Assembly (NCBI GenBank): GCA_964016885.1 | Contig: OZ024740.1 | Span: forward strand, 212,164,001-212,228,000 | Reading direction: 5' to 3' | Length of the DNA stretch: 64,000 nucleotides | DNA from: Eledone cirrhosa | Lineage: Eukaryota | Shown here: positions 50,270 to 63,249 of the stretch, piece after piece | Layout of the letters: every line of letters starts with the position of its first letter | Position numbering within the stretch: position 1 is the stretch's first letter | The notes under the pieces: generated by a model | Seen by the model: the letters and a program-made list of their open reading frames with translations, nothing else | Database searches by the model: none | What the model was told of the DNA's origin: nothing | Position numbers and translations under genes: made by a program

Positions 50270-51507
50270 TAGTTTAGCGAGGTTTTTTATATGAAATCGT
50301 GTGTCGAAACAGATGTTGTTATACTTGGGGGGGGGGGGGGGGGTCATATTTCCGTAATATTGCCAGAATTAATAACAGAACACACTCACTGTTTGGTTGG
50401 TTTTCGCTTCTCGCTGTCTTTTATATCTGCGATCTAACTTACTCGGTCCTCAATGTTGCCATTGCCTGACCGACGGTCAAAAATAATACAGATACAATAT
50501 AGACACAAACACATACATATAGTTTACATAATTTACATAAATCTTTCGTTGCACATCTGCAACATCGTCAGTGGTGTTATATTCTTTGTTCCTCCTGTTG
50601 TGTTGTATGTCTACGCCATTTTTTATTCAGTCTGTCTATATATTTATTTATTTATTTGCTTGTTTGTTTATCTTATTTTATTTTGTCTTCTTTGCGCATG
50701 CGTTTGCGTGTGTGTATAGTGTTATGTGTGCTGTGTGACTAGTGTGTATAGTGTTGTGTCTGCTGGGTGGCTAGTGTGTGTTTATGTGCTTGTGTATGTA
50801 TTTATTTATCTTATTTTATTTTATTTTACTGACTTATTTATACTTCTCTTAGGTCAGTGTTGTTTGTTTGGGTGTTGTTGTTCCACTCATTCTTTCTGTT
50901 TAGCTTTGGTCTTCTAATTTCTATTTCACTGGCCTCTCTGATTTGCCTATCTGCTGGGTCATTCCTATGTTTAGATATTATTCTAATTTCTATGTTGTCT
51001 ATGTTACCGTCATGTTGTTGTCTAGCATGTTCGTATAGTACTGACCCGTTTTTTCGCCCTTTTAGTTCCCCCAGTGTTGGTCTATCCTTTCACCTATGCT
51101 ACGAGCTGTCTCACCTATGTATGTTGTTGTCATGTTTCTGCAAGTACCCTCTGTACATCTTATGCTATAGACTACGTTTCTAGTTTTACAGTTTATCCGG
51201 GGGTTCACCTTACATATGATACATTTCCTATTGGTACAGTGGGTTTTCTTAAAAGGGTAGGTTTTGCTGATCAGGGATTTTATGGTGGTTCCTGGCTTTT
51301 CTACCACCTTAATTTTTAGTGGGTCTTTCTCAGGGCCTTTCTACACTGGTTAGCTAATTTCCCTCCAGGGGTGGCGTCCACAAACATGACACTCTGATAT
51401 CTCTGGTTGTCGTACCATGATGTGGCCTTCCCTATCTTATGTCTAGCCCTATCTAAGCTATTCCATGATTTGCTCCTGTATAGTGGGCAAATTCCTATTG
51501 GACCTAA
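50270..51507 (-). mobile_element. PLE 3' fragment (GIY-YIG with CxxxxCxxC linker) + pseudo-LTR with HHR at 50530-50580
   Basis: VVEKPG...CKTRNVVY.I.C...YIGETARSIGER; minus strand CTGACGA-TGTTGCA-GATG-TGCAAC-GAAA-GATT-TA. Confidence 0.8.
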
Positions 51508-53619
51508 AAAAATCTAAAAAAATCCATGTCCACTCGGACAAAACTAGAAATCTATATCACATGGATATTGAAAATTACAATGAGTTCATATATAAAGAAC
51601 TCAGGAAAAATTATAGAAAAACAAACAATGCGTCACTTACCAACATCAACAACAAAACACACAGCATAGTGAATAGACTTAATATTGAAGATAGAACTGA
51701 ATCTTTGGCATTGAAAAAACCACACTTCAACCTGAAAGATCATAAATCAAACTTTAACTCTAATCCTTCTATAAGACTTATATGCCCTTCCAAATCTGAT
51801 ATTGGAATAATTAGTAAAAAAATTTTAGATAGAGTCATCCCACAAATAAGAAAACATGTTAATTTACCACTCTGGGAAAACATATCCCAGGTAATTAACT
51901 GGTTTAATAATATTAGATATAAATCCTCTGCTTCATTTCTACAATTTGATATAGATAATTACTATTCTTCTATATCACCTATACTCCTGAACAAAGCCTT
52001 GATATTTGCTAAAAATAGATCTAACTTAACTTTGGATGACATTAATATTATTACACATGCTAGACTAACATTACTGGAATTTCAGAATGAATACTGAACC
52101 AGAAACACATATAGCAATCTTTTTGATATTACTATGGGCTCAAGCGATTCTGCCCAAATTACTGATCTTGTGGGCCTCTTTCTTCTTTTTAACATAAATG
52201 CTTCCTTTCCCCACCTTAAAGGTGGTTTATATCGTGACGACTGTCTTCTTCTTTCCAATAACCTTAGCCTCTCAGAGATAGAAAAAAATAAAAAGCTTAT
52301 TAGAACTTTCCTTAAAGACTATTATAGTCTAGATATTACATTTGAAAACACAAGTAAAGTAGTTAATTTCCTAGATATAGCATTAGACGGGTATCTACCA
52401 ACCTTACGATAAACCCAACCAAAATTTACACTACATACACTCACAATCTAATCACCCTAAATCTATCCTTAAAAACCTTGCATATAATATATCACTTAGA
52501 ATTTCTAACCTTTCGTCTAACCAAGATGTATTTGATAAAAATGCGACCTTTTATAACGAAGCTCTAGCTAGAAGTGGCCACAAAAATAGATTAGTATATA
52601 TACCTTCTACCAATAACACTACAAACATACAACCTAATATTACCAACAAACACCAAATGAAACATACACACCTAAATGCCACTCACACTATACCCCAAAA
52701 CACCAACATAAAACCAAATTTCTCTAACTCTTCTAATATACAGTATAGTAACTCTCAAAAAACTACTCATCCTACAACTCTAATAAATGTTAATAATAAA
52801 ACTCCTAATAAACAAGCTAAAACACCTAAATCAATAAATCTAACTAAAAATGTGTGTGGAGAGGTCATTAACAATAATTCTCCTAGTAAACATCAGGATG
52901 CATCCTATAAAAACAATAAACAACATAGAAACCGTAATAGACGAGTTACTTGGTATAATGCTCCATTTAATTTACAAGTTAAGGATAATATACCTAAAAA
53001 ATTCTTTAATATCCTAGAGAAAAACTTCCCGCCAAACCACAAATACCATCAAATCTTAAATAGATCAACAGTTAAATTCTCCTACTCAACAACCAAAAAC
53101 ATAAAACAAAATATAAGTGCCTATAATGCATATAAATGTAAAAAAACCATAAGTATACCACCAGTACATCAAACTAGCCATAAGATCTCCTCAGATACAG
53201 GATTCACGAAAAGTTGTAACTGTAGAAACAAGGCAAACTGTCCATTAAAAGGAAATTGCCTTGTTAATAACATAATATATAAATGTAGAGTTAGCACTAA
53301 GGACTCTATTTATTCATATATAGGAGCTACCTCTAACAATTTTAAGGTAAGATTTAATACCCACAAACATAGTTTTAAAAATGCCGCACTAGCTAATACA
53401 ACATCTCTAGCTGAAAAAATTAATAGTTATAGAAAGGAGAATATAGAATATGACCTGACCTGGAGTGTGCTCAAAAGGGCCACCCCTTATCAAAATAGTA
53501 GAAATGAATGTAGATTGTGTTCCCAAGAACTTTTCGAAATAATGAAATCTAAGGATATCCTATTAAATAAGAGACAGGAATTAATAATATCGTGTAATCA
53601 TAAACTGAGAAAAACATTT

Positions 53620-54130
53620 AAATATTATAAACCTAATTAATATACACTTTAGAATTTAATATATAAATTAATTTTAATTTAGTTAACCTATAATTAATAT
53701 TCTACTACAGATGAATTACAAAATTCTGCTTTAAATATTATAAACCTAATTAATATACACTTTAGAAATTAATATATAAACTATTTTTAATTTAGTTAAC
53801 CTATAATTAATATTCTACTACTGATGAACTACATAATTTGGCTTTCCTTCTTACAAATATCATTTCCTAAAACTGATACCATTAAGTAAACATATGTAAT
53901 TATTTTTGATTTAGTTAACCTATAATTAATATTCTACTACTGATGAACTACATAATTCTGCTTTAAATATTATAAACCTAATTATTATACACTTTAGAAA
54001 TTAATATATAAACTATTTTTATTTTAGTTAACCTATAATTAATATTCTACTAATGATGAACTACATAATTTGGCTTTCCTTCTTACAAATATCATTTCCT
54101 AAAACTGATACCATTAAGTAAACATATATA
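53620..54130 (+). repeat. Complex tandem repeats (~115-nt units) after the PLE stop codon
   Basis: TTAGTTAACCTATAATTAATATTCTACTA occurs four times. Confidence 0.85.
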
Positions 54131-54297
54131 ATGCTTTAACTCCAGGTTATGATTCTATGTTCCTTGAAACCTATATATAATTACTATTTCCCACTAATAA
54201 ATTTAATCCCCCCCCCAATAATTATATGTATATGTAAGTGTGGATGTGTGTGTATATAAGTGTGTATGTATGTGTGTATGTATGTGAGTATAAAAAA

Positions 54298-54339
<42 letters not shown>

Positions 54340-54342
54340 GTG

Positions 54343-54377
<35 letters not shown>

Positions 54378-54472
54378 GTTTGTGTGTGTGTGTGTATGTA
54401 TATGTACATATGTATACGCGTGTGTATATATATATATATATATGGGTATATGTTTGTGTGTGTATGTGTAGG

Positions 54473-54521
<49 letters not shown>

Positions 54522-55310
54522 ATGTGTGTGTGTATGTATGTATATATATGTAGGTATATATATATGTATATATATATATATATATCATTTTTATATTCTT
54601 TTAATCTCCCCCCATCCTTAACAGCACTTTTCAACTGCATCTAACTCTTATTTATCATACCTATATGTATTAGTATAATTTTATCAATATAAATATACCC
54701 ATCAATTAAATTAATTTTATATCCTTTTCATAGATGTATTTTTTTCACTAACATCCTTATCTTAAGACTGGTCACCTTAGATATTTGTATTGGCATCACT
54801 ATTTTATAACAGCAACTGCTTGTATACCTTCTACTGACCACCTGACCTAGTTTCACCCCTAAAATAAGTTTCAATTACTATTTTACCATTTGGCCAATTA
54901 TTGACTTTCTATTGGTTAACTCTAAACCTCTTACCAAACAGACAGAATTCATTTGATCTTTGTTGGTTTTATTCAATTAACAAATAAAATTATTTCTGAG
55001 GTCAACATATGACCTACTCCTTCCCTAAAGTAATCCATTATTATATTGGATCTTTGTTGGTTTTATTCAATGAACAAATAAAATTATTTCTGAGGTCAAC
55101 ATATGACCTACTTCTTCGCTAAAGTAATCCTTCATTCATAATACTCTTTTCCATCCAAAATTGAAATCTACCTTCCTCTACCCATAATTTAACGTTCTTC
55201 TAATACTATATCACTATCTTGACCCTCACTATCTCCTGATTGGTCAATTCAAAACCTGTTCCCAAACAGACCTATTGTATTGAATCTTTGTTCTTATCAA
55301 TAAGCAAGTA

Positions 55311-55452
55311 TCATTATTTCTGAAGACAGCATATATATGTGAAGGTATGTATATTCCCTCTGATAGTTTGTATAAATATTGTACATAGATCTATAGAATA
55401 TGCATACCAATTCTAACACATATATATCCTAGAAACGATCGTAAAATAATGA
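55311..55452 (+). ncRNA. Type I hammerhead with 105-nt structured stem II extension, family G
   Basis: TCATTATTT-CTGAAGA-...-GAAA-CGATCG-TA^AAATAATGA; perfect 9-bp stem I and palindromic stem III. Confidence 0.8.
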
Positions 55453-55629
55453 ATTTTTTTAATATAAGGAACTGTTTCTTTGTTTATTCATTATTTTTTT
55501 AATAACTTATATATATGTATATATATATATTTGCATATATATATATATATGTATAATATATATGTATAATATATATATATGTTTATATATATATATGTAT
55601 ATATATGTACATGTATATATATATATATG

Positions 55630-55674
<45 letters not shown>

Positions 55675-56511
55675 GTATATATATGTATATATATATCTAT
55701 ATATATATATATGTATATATATGTACATGTATATATATATGTATATATATATGTATATGTATATATATATATATGTATATATATATGTATATATATGTAT
55801 ATGTATATATATGTATATATGTATATGTATAAATATGTATATATATATATGTATATATATATGTATATATATATATGTATATATATATGTATATATATAT
55901 ATGTATATATATATGTATATATATATATGTATATATATATATGTATATATATATGTATATATATATGTATATATATATATATGTATATATATATATGTAT
56001 ATATATATGTATATTTATATATATGTATATATATATGTATATATATATGTATATTTATATATATGTATATATATATGTATATATATATATATATGTATAT
56101 ATATATTTGCATATATATATATGTATAATATATATGTATAATATATATATATGTTTATATATATATATGTATATATATGTACATGTATATATATATGTAT
56201 ATATATATATGTATATATATATATATGTATATATATATGTATATATATGTATATATATATCTATATATATATATGTATATATATATGTATATATATGTAT
56301 ATATATATCTATATATATATATGTATATATATGTACATGTATATATATATGTATATATATATGTATATGTATATATATATATACGTATATATATATGTAT
56401 ATATATGTATATGTATATATATGTATATATATATATGTATATATATATGTATATATATATATGTATATATATATGTATATATATATATATGTATATATAT
56501 ATATGTATATG

Positions 56512-56542
<31 letters not shown>

Positions 56543-56587
56543 GTATATATATATGTATATATATATGTATATATATATATGTATATA

Positions 56588-56624
<37 letters not shown>

Positions 56625-56663
56625 TTATATATATGTATATATATATATATGTATATATATATG

Positions 56664-56696
<33 letters not shown>

Positions 56697-56780
56697 GTAT
56701 ATATATATGTATATATATATATATGTGTATATATATGTATATTTATATATATGTATACATATATGTATATATATATATAT

Positions 56781-59060
56781 GACAGTGTTTCGTTCACACT
56801 AGAAGTGGGACTCTTCAGAGCATAAAGAGTAAATACAAAGTATACAAGCATTGACAAAGCCAAAACAGAAGAATATATGTGGGGATACCATAAGTTGGGA
56901 GGAGTTTAAAGAGTAAAGTAAAAGGAGCAAAATAAGAGGAGTAAAATAAAAATAAAAATAAATATAAAAATAAGAATAAGATTAAGAATAAAAAAAAAAA
57001 AAAGAATAAGATTAAGAATAAAAAAAGAATAAGATTAAGAATAAAAATAAAAATAAAAATAAAAATAATAATAATAATAATAATAATAAAAATAAATAAA
57101 AGTAAAAATAAAAATGAAAAATGAAAAATGAAAAATGAAAAATGAAAAATGAAAAATGAAAAATGAAAAATGAAAAATGAAAAATAATAAAAAATAAAAA
57201 ATAAAAAATAATAAAAAATAAATAATAAAAAATAAGAGATGTTATCACTCACAGTTGGGCAGGGTTACGTTAACATACAGCTACATACAATTATATACAT
57301 AAGCATGAGCACCCGCATACACCTACACACAAGCACCCGTATGCAGCACATACAGTATACACTAATACAAATAACATATCATAGACGGATGGGCACAAGT
57401 TAAGAGGTAGAGATAGATAAAAAATAGATAAGAGGTAGATGAAAAACAGATAAAAATAGATAAAAAATAGATAAAAAATAGATAAAAAATAGATAAAAAT
57501 AGATAAAAAATAGATAAAAAAATAGATAAAAGATAAATAATAAAAAATAAAATAAAAAATAAAATATAAAAAATAAAAAATAATAAATAAAAAATAAAAA
57601 ATAATAAATAAAAAATAAAAAATAAGATAAAATAAAATAAAATAAAATAAAATAAAATAAGATAAAATAAAATAAAATAAAATAAAATAAAATAAAATAA
57701 AATAAAGTAAAGTAAAATATACACCAGAAGATAAATAAAACAATACACCAAAAAAAATGGAGTAAAATATACACCATAAAGGAAGGTGTGGGTAAAGATA
57801 AGACTGGCAAATTCGTAAGCTATCAAGCTATGTTCAACAACACATAGAATACACAAAAATATATATACAAAAATATATATAAAAAATATATATATTTTTG
57901 TATATATATTTTTGTGTATTCTATGTGTTGTTGAACATAGCTTGATAGCTTACGAATTTGCCAGTCTTATCTTTACCCACACCTTCCTTTATGGTGTATA
58001 TTTTACTCCATTTTTTTTTTTGGTGTATTGTTTTATTTATCTTCTGGTGTATATTTTACTTTACTTTATATTATTTTATTTTATTTTATTTTATTTTATT
58101 TTATTTTATTTTATTTTATTTTATCTTATTTTATTTTATCTTATTTTATTTTATCTTATTTTTTATTTTTTATTTATTATTTTTTATTTTTTATTTATTA
58201 TTTTTTATTTTTTATATTTTATTTTTTATTTTAATTTTTATTATTTATCTTTTATCTATTTTTTAGCTATTTCTTATCTATTTTTTATCTATTTTTTATC
58301 TATTTTTTAATCTATTTTTTATCTACCTCTTATCTATTTTTTATCTATCTCTACCTCTTAACTTGTGCCCATCCGTCTATGATATGTTATTTGTATTAGT
58401 GTATACTGTATGTGTTGCATACGGGTGCTTGTGTGTAGGTGTATGCGGGTGCTCATGCTTATGTATATAATTGTATGTAGCTGTATGTTAACGTAACCCT
58501 GCCCAACTGTGAGTGATAACATCTCTTATTTTTTATTATTTATTTTTAATTATTTTTTATTATTTTTTATTTTTTATTATTTTTTATTTTTTATTTTTTA
58601 TTTTTCATTTTTCATTTTTCATTTTTCATTTTTCATTTTTCATTCTTCATTTTATTTTTACTTTTATTCTTAATCTTATTCTTTTTTTATTCTTAATCTT
58701 ATTCTTTTTTTTTTTTTATTCTTAATCTTATTCTTATTTTTATGTTTATTTTAATTTTTATTTTACTCCTCTTATTTTGCTCCTTTTACTTTACTCTTTA
58801 AACTCCTCCCAACTTATGGTATCCCCACATATATTCTTCTGTTTTGGCTTTGTCAATGCTTGTATACTTTGTATTTACTCTTTATGCTCTGAAGAGTCCC
58901 ACTTCTAGTGTGGACGAAACACTGTTAGCAATTAAAGATATACCTATGTTCTAAGCGCTCTTTGTTGTTAATTGTATTACGGCTCTGTCCTTTGACATTG
59001 AGCTAACCATATACTGCCTACTTGATAAGTGGAGTGTTACACACTCCCAATTCTCTCCCT
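56781..59060. mobile_element. Fold-back pseudo-LTR pair (family F), ~1.05-1.1-kb arms, centre near 57890
   Basis: 56781-57880 is the reverse complement of about 57890-58926; HHRs at 56781-56830 (-) and 58880-58940 (+). Confidence 0.9.
58880..58940 (+). ncRNA. Minimal type I hammerhead, family F
   Basis: TGCT-CTGAAGA-GTCCCACTTCTAGTGTGGAC-GAAA-CACTG-TT^AGCA. Confidence 0.82.
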
Positions 59061-59108
59061 TATATATATATATGTATATATATATGTATATATATATATG
59101 TATATATG

Positions 59109-59163
<55 letters not shown>

Positions 59164-59300
59164 GTATATATATATGTATATATATATGTATATTTATATA
59201 TATGTATATATATATATATATATATGTATATTTATATATATGTATATATGTATATTTATATATGTGTATATATATATGTATATATATATGTATATTTATA

Positions 59301-59381
<81 letters not shown>

Positions 59382-59404
59382 GTATATATATATGTATATA
59401 TATG

Positions 59405-59483
<79 letters not shown>

Positions 59484-59506
59484 GTATATATATATGTATA
59501 TATATG

Positions 59507-59583
<77 letters not shown>

Positions 59584-59920
59584 GTATATATATATGTATA
59601 TATATAAATGAAAAGTATAGAAATTGTTGTAGCGAGAAGCTAATAGTATTCCATAACATATATGTATATATATATATGTATATATATTTATGTACGTATA
59701 TATATATATGTATATATATATGTATATATATATGTATATATATATGTATATATATATGTATATATATATATATATGTATATATATATGTATATATATATA
59801 TGTATATATATATGTATAAATATTTGTATATATATGTATATATATATATGTATATATATATATGTATATATATATGTATAAATATTTGTATATATATATA
59901 TATATATGTATAAATATTTG

Positions 59921-59951
<31 letters not shown>

Positions 59952-60069
59952 GCCACACATTCTGTGACCTCTTCAGTGACTGGGGATTCTTTTCTTTGTT
60001 TTTGTGCCTCTCATTTGTTCTGTCCTACGCCATCTTGTTTCTGTGTTCACACAGAAACAAGATGGCGTA
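59952..60069 (-). mobile_element. Family B pseudo-LTR fragment with terminal hairpin and partial HHR
   Basis: TACGCCATCTTGTTTCTGTG-TTCA-CACAGAAACAAGATGGCGTA. Confidence 0.7.
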
Positions 60070-60219
60070 TATATATATGTATATATGTATATATATTTAT
60101 GTATATATATGTATATATATATATGTATATATATGTATATATATATATATGTATGTATATATATATGTATATATATGTATATATATATGTATATATATAT
60201 ATATATGTATATATATATG

Positions 60220-60254
<35 letters not shown>

Positions 60255-60287
60255 GTATATATATATGTATATATATATATGCATATA

Positions 60288-60350
<63 letters not shown>

Positions 60351-60620
60351 ATATATATATGTATATATATATGTATATATATATGTATATATATATGCAT
60401 ATATATATATATATATAGGTATATATATATGTATATATATATATGTATATATATATATGTATATATATATATAGGTATATATATATGTATATATATATAT
60501 GTATATATATATATGTATATATATATATGTATATATATATATGTATATATATATATTTGTATATATATATGTATATATATATATGTATATATATATATGT
60601 ATATATATATATGTATATAT

Positions 60621-61123
60621 CAAGTAAGTATGTTTTGAAATAGTGAGCGAGTTTGAAATTAGAAAATATATAGCTTTCACCGTATTTTTAACTAAAGGAA
60701 TTTTAGCCTGATAATGGGGTTTAGAACCCTCAGATAAATGGAATATGATGAGTATTGACGTACATGGGAGTCGAACCCACATCTTTGGTTATCGCGACCA
60801 CTGGGCTACCATTACACCAACACATCACCCATCTCTTTCCATTCAAATTAGAAACTACAGTTAAAAATACGGTGAAAGCTATATATTTTCTAATTTCAAA
60901 CCTGCTCACTGTTTCAAAACATACTTACTTGCCATTTAAACTCGCTAAGAATGTAGTTTCTAATTTGAATGGATTGAGACGGGTGATGTGTTGGTGTAAT
61001 GGTAGCACAGTGGTCGCGATAACCAAAGATGTGGGTTCGACTCCCATGTACGTCAATACTCATCTTTTCCATTTATCTGAGGGTTCTAAACCCCGTTATC
61101 AAGCTAAAATTCCTTTAGTTAAA
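60621..61123. mobile_element. Inverted, circularly permuted 258-nt repeat unit containing a tRNA-like cloverleaf
   Basis: Minus copy 60621-60860 and plus copy 60860-61123 are permutations of one unit. Confidence 0.75.
60985..61055 (+). tRNA. tRNA-like cloverleaf (pseudo-tRNA; loop CG-CGA-TA), second copy on the minus strand at about 60755-60826
   Basis: GATGTGT/GTACGTC acceptor stem, GTGT-AATGGTA-GCAC D arm, TGGT/ACCA anticodon stem, GTGGG-TTCGACT-CCCAT T arm. Confidence 0.55.
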
Positions 61124-61255
61124 TATATGTATATGTATATATGTATATGTATATATATGTATATGTATAAATATATGTATATATATATATGTATATATGT
61201 ATATGTATATGTGTATATGTATATATGTATATGTATGTAGATGTATATATATATG

Positions 61256-61450
61256 TAGTTATGTAATAAACAACATAAGGCAATCATTTCATTTACCAGT
61301 CGTTTCTTAAAAGCAAACAAATTTTGCTTTCAATCATCAGAATGAAAAAATCCTGGTGTATTTTTTTGGCATTGGATTTTGAAACAAAAATATAATCTAT
61401 ATGAAAGTGAGGCTGGAAAAGGAAGAAGGAAAGGAAAAATAAACACACAT

Positions 61451-61485
<35 letters not shown>

Positions 61486-61682
61486 TATATACATACACAT
61501 ATATATATATATATACATACCCACATACATACACACACACATACACACACACACACAAATATATATGTTTATATATATACATACACATACATATATACAT
61601 ATATACATACACACATAATTATCAATATATCCATACATACACATACATACAAATATACAAACATGCATACACACACACACAT

Positions 61683-61728
<46 letters not shown>

Positions 61729-61730
61729 AA
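61256..61730 (-). mobile_element. PLE pseudo-LTR family A with HHR at 61283-61350
   Basis: Homologous to 5800-6005; CTGATGA-TTGAAAGCAAA..TTTGCTTTTAA-GAAA-CGACTGG-TA^AATGAAA. Confidence 0.78.
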
Positions 61731-61809
61731 AAATTGAACAGGGACAGAACAGAGAGGCAGTACGACAAATGTTTATTAGCTTCACGCTCAGGAGAGTGGG
61801 GGGTAGGTG

Positions 61810-61850
61810 GAGGACGACGTTTCGGGCATAAGCCCTTCTTCGGGTAAGAG
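61810..61850 (-). ncRNA. Degenerate minimal hammerhead
   Basis: Minus strand: CCGAAGA-AGGGC-TTAT-GCCC-GAAA-CGTCG-TC; stem I does not pair. Confidence 0.5.
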
Positions 61851-62531
61851 TTCAAAAGGTGTGTAGGGGAGTGGTGGAGAGACATATAGCGAAAGGAAAC
61901 GGTGCGAATGAAAAATTAACAAATAAAGACAAAATTATAATAAATAATAAATAAAAATAAAGCATGATCAAAATACAAGGAATGAGAACATTTAAAAATA
62001 AAGGCATGATCAAAATAAACTGAAATTAAAAGGGGGGTAAACAGGTGGTGGAAGGGTGTGGGGTGAGTAGAGGTGGAGGCGGGTGGAGTGGGGAGAGGGA
62101 GACGGGGTGTCCGAGCGGGGAGGGCTGAAGGTGGTGTGTGTGGTTAGGTGTGTGTGTGTGTGTGTGTATGTGAAAGTGAGGGTTGGGGGAAGAACGGGGT
62201 TGCATGTTCAGGAAGGTGTGTGTGGGGGGTGTTTTTGTGTGTCGGAGGGTCTGTGCGTGTGTGGATAGGGGGTGGGGGGAGATATATATATACATACATT
62301 CACACAGATGCATATATATACACATATATTTACATACATATACATATATACACATACATACACACAATCATACATATATACACACATACATACACATACA
62401 TACACACATATATACACACACTCTCACACATACACATACATATACAATTACATATACACATACATACGCATACACATTTACACACACACATACACACATA
62501 TACACACACACACATATATATATATAGATAT

Positions 62532-62873
62532 GGGGGCACATAGCTTAGTGGTTAGAGCATTGGCCTTGCAATCGAAAGGTTGTGAGTTCAATTCTCAGAC
62601 CGGGTGATGTGTTGTTTCCTTGAGAAAGACACTTTATTTCACATTGCTCCAGTTTACTCAGCTGTAGAAATGAGATGATAGGGACTGGGGTCCCTATCAT
62701 TCCACTGAAAAGTGGACGTGTAGGTGCCACGGCAAAAAAGCACCCAGCACTCACTGTAAATGAGGTTGGTGTTAGGAAGGGCATCCAGCTGTAGAAATCA
62801 AGCCAGATTCAGTTCTCGTCCCACCCTTGCAAGCAGGGAAAAGTGGACGTAAAAATGAAATGATGATTAAAAA

Positions 62874-62875
<2 letters not shown>
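62532..62875 (+). mobile_element. tRNA-derived SINE with LINE-like tail
   Basis: Box A TAGCTTAGTGG, box B GTTCAATTC, core TCCTTGAGAAAGACACTT, tail GGTTGGTGTTAGGAAGGGCATCCAGC. Confidence 0.82.
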
Positions 62876-62960
<85 letters not shown>

Positions 62961-63249
62961 CATATCCATACATACATTCATACACATACATATACATACA
63001 TATCACAAACACATACATACAAATACAAACACACACATATGTATGTGTGTAAAACTCATTCTTAGATGTATTCATATGAACCTTGTTTAACTCTAAAATA
63101 TATATATATATATACATATATGCATAAATTCTGCTCCTGTATTGTGCGGCGCTTTATATTATAACTGAAAAATGGAATTATTTAAGATCTCTTCTTCTCT
63201 ATATATATACATATATATACCTATATACCTAGCTATATATATACATATA

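Larger units (their letters stand above)
51508..55506 (+). mobile_element. 5'-truncated Penelope-like element: RT + GIY-YIG + long 3' UTR with HHR
   Basis: LKDHK, RLICP, QFDIDNYY, MGS, GLYRDD, HSQSNHP and YIG motifs; stop at 52095-52097 and frameshift near 52388. Confidence 0.92.

Noticed and set aside
60860-61123. Possible permuted HHR (CTGAGGG...GAAAGCTA) in the 258-nt unit
   Set aside because: Core mismatch and no stem I pairing.
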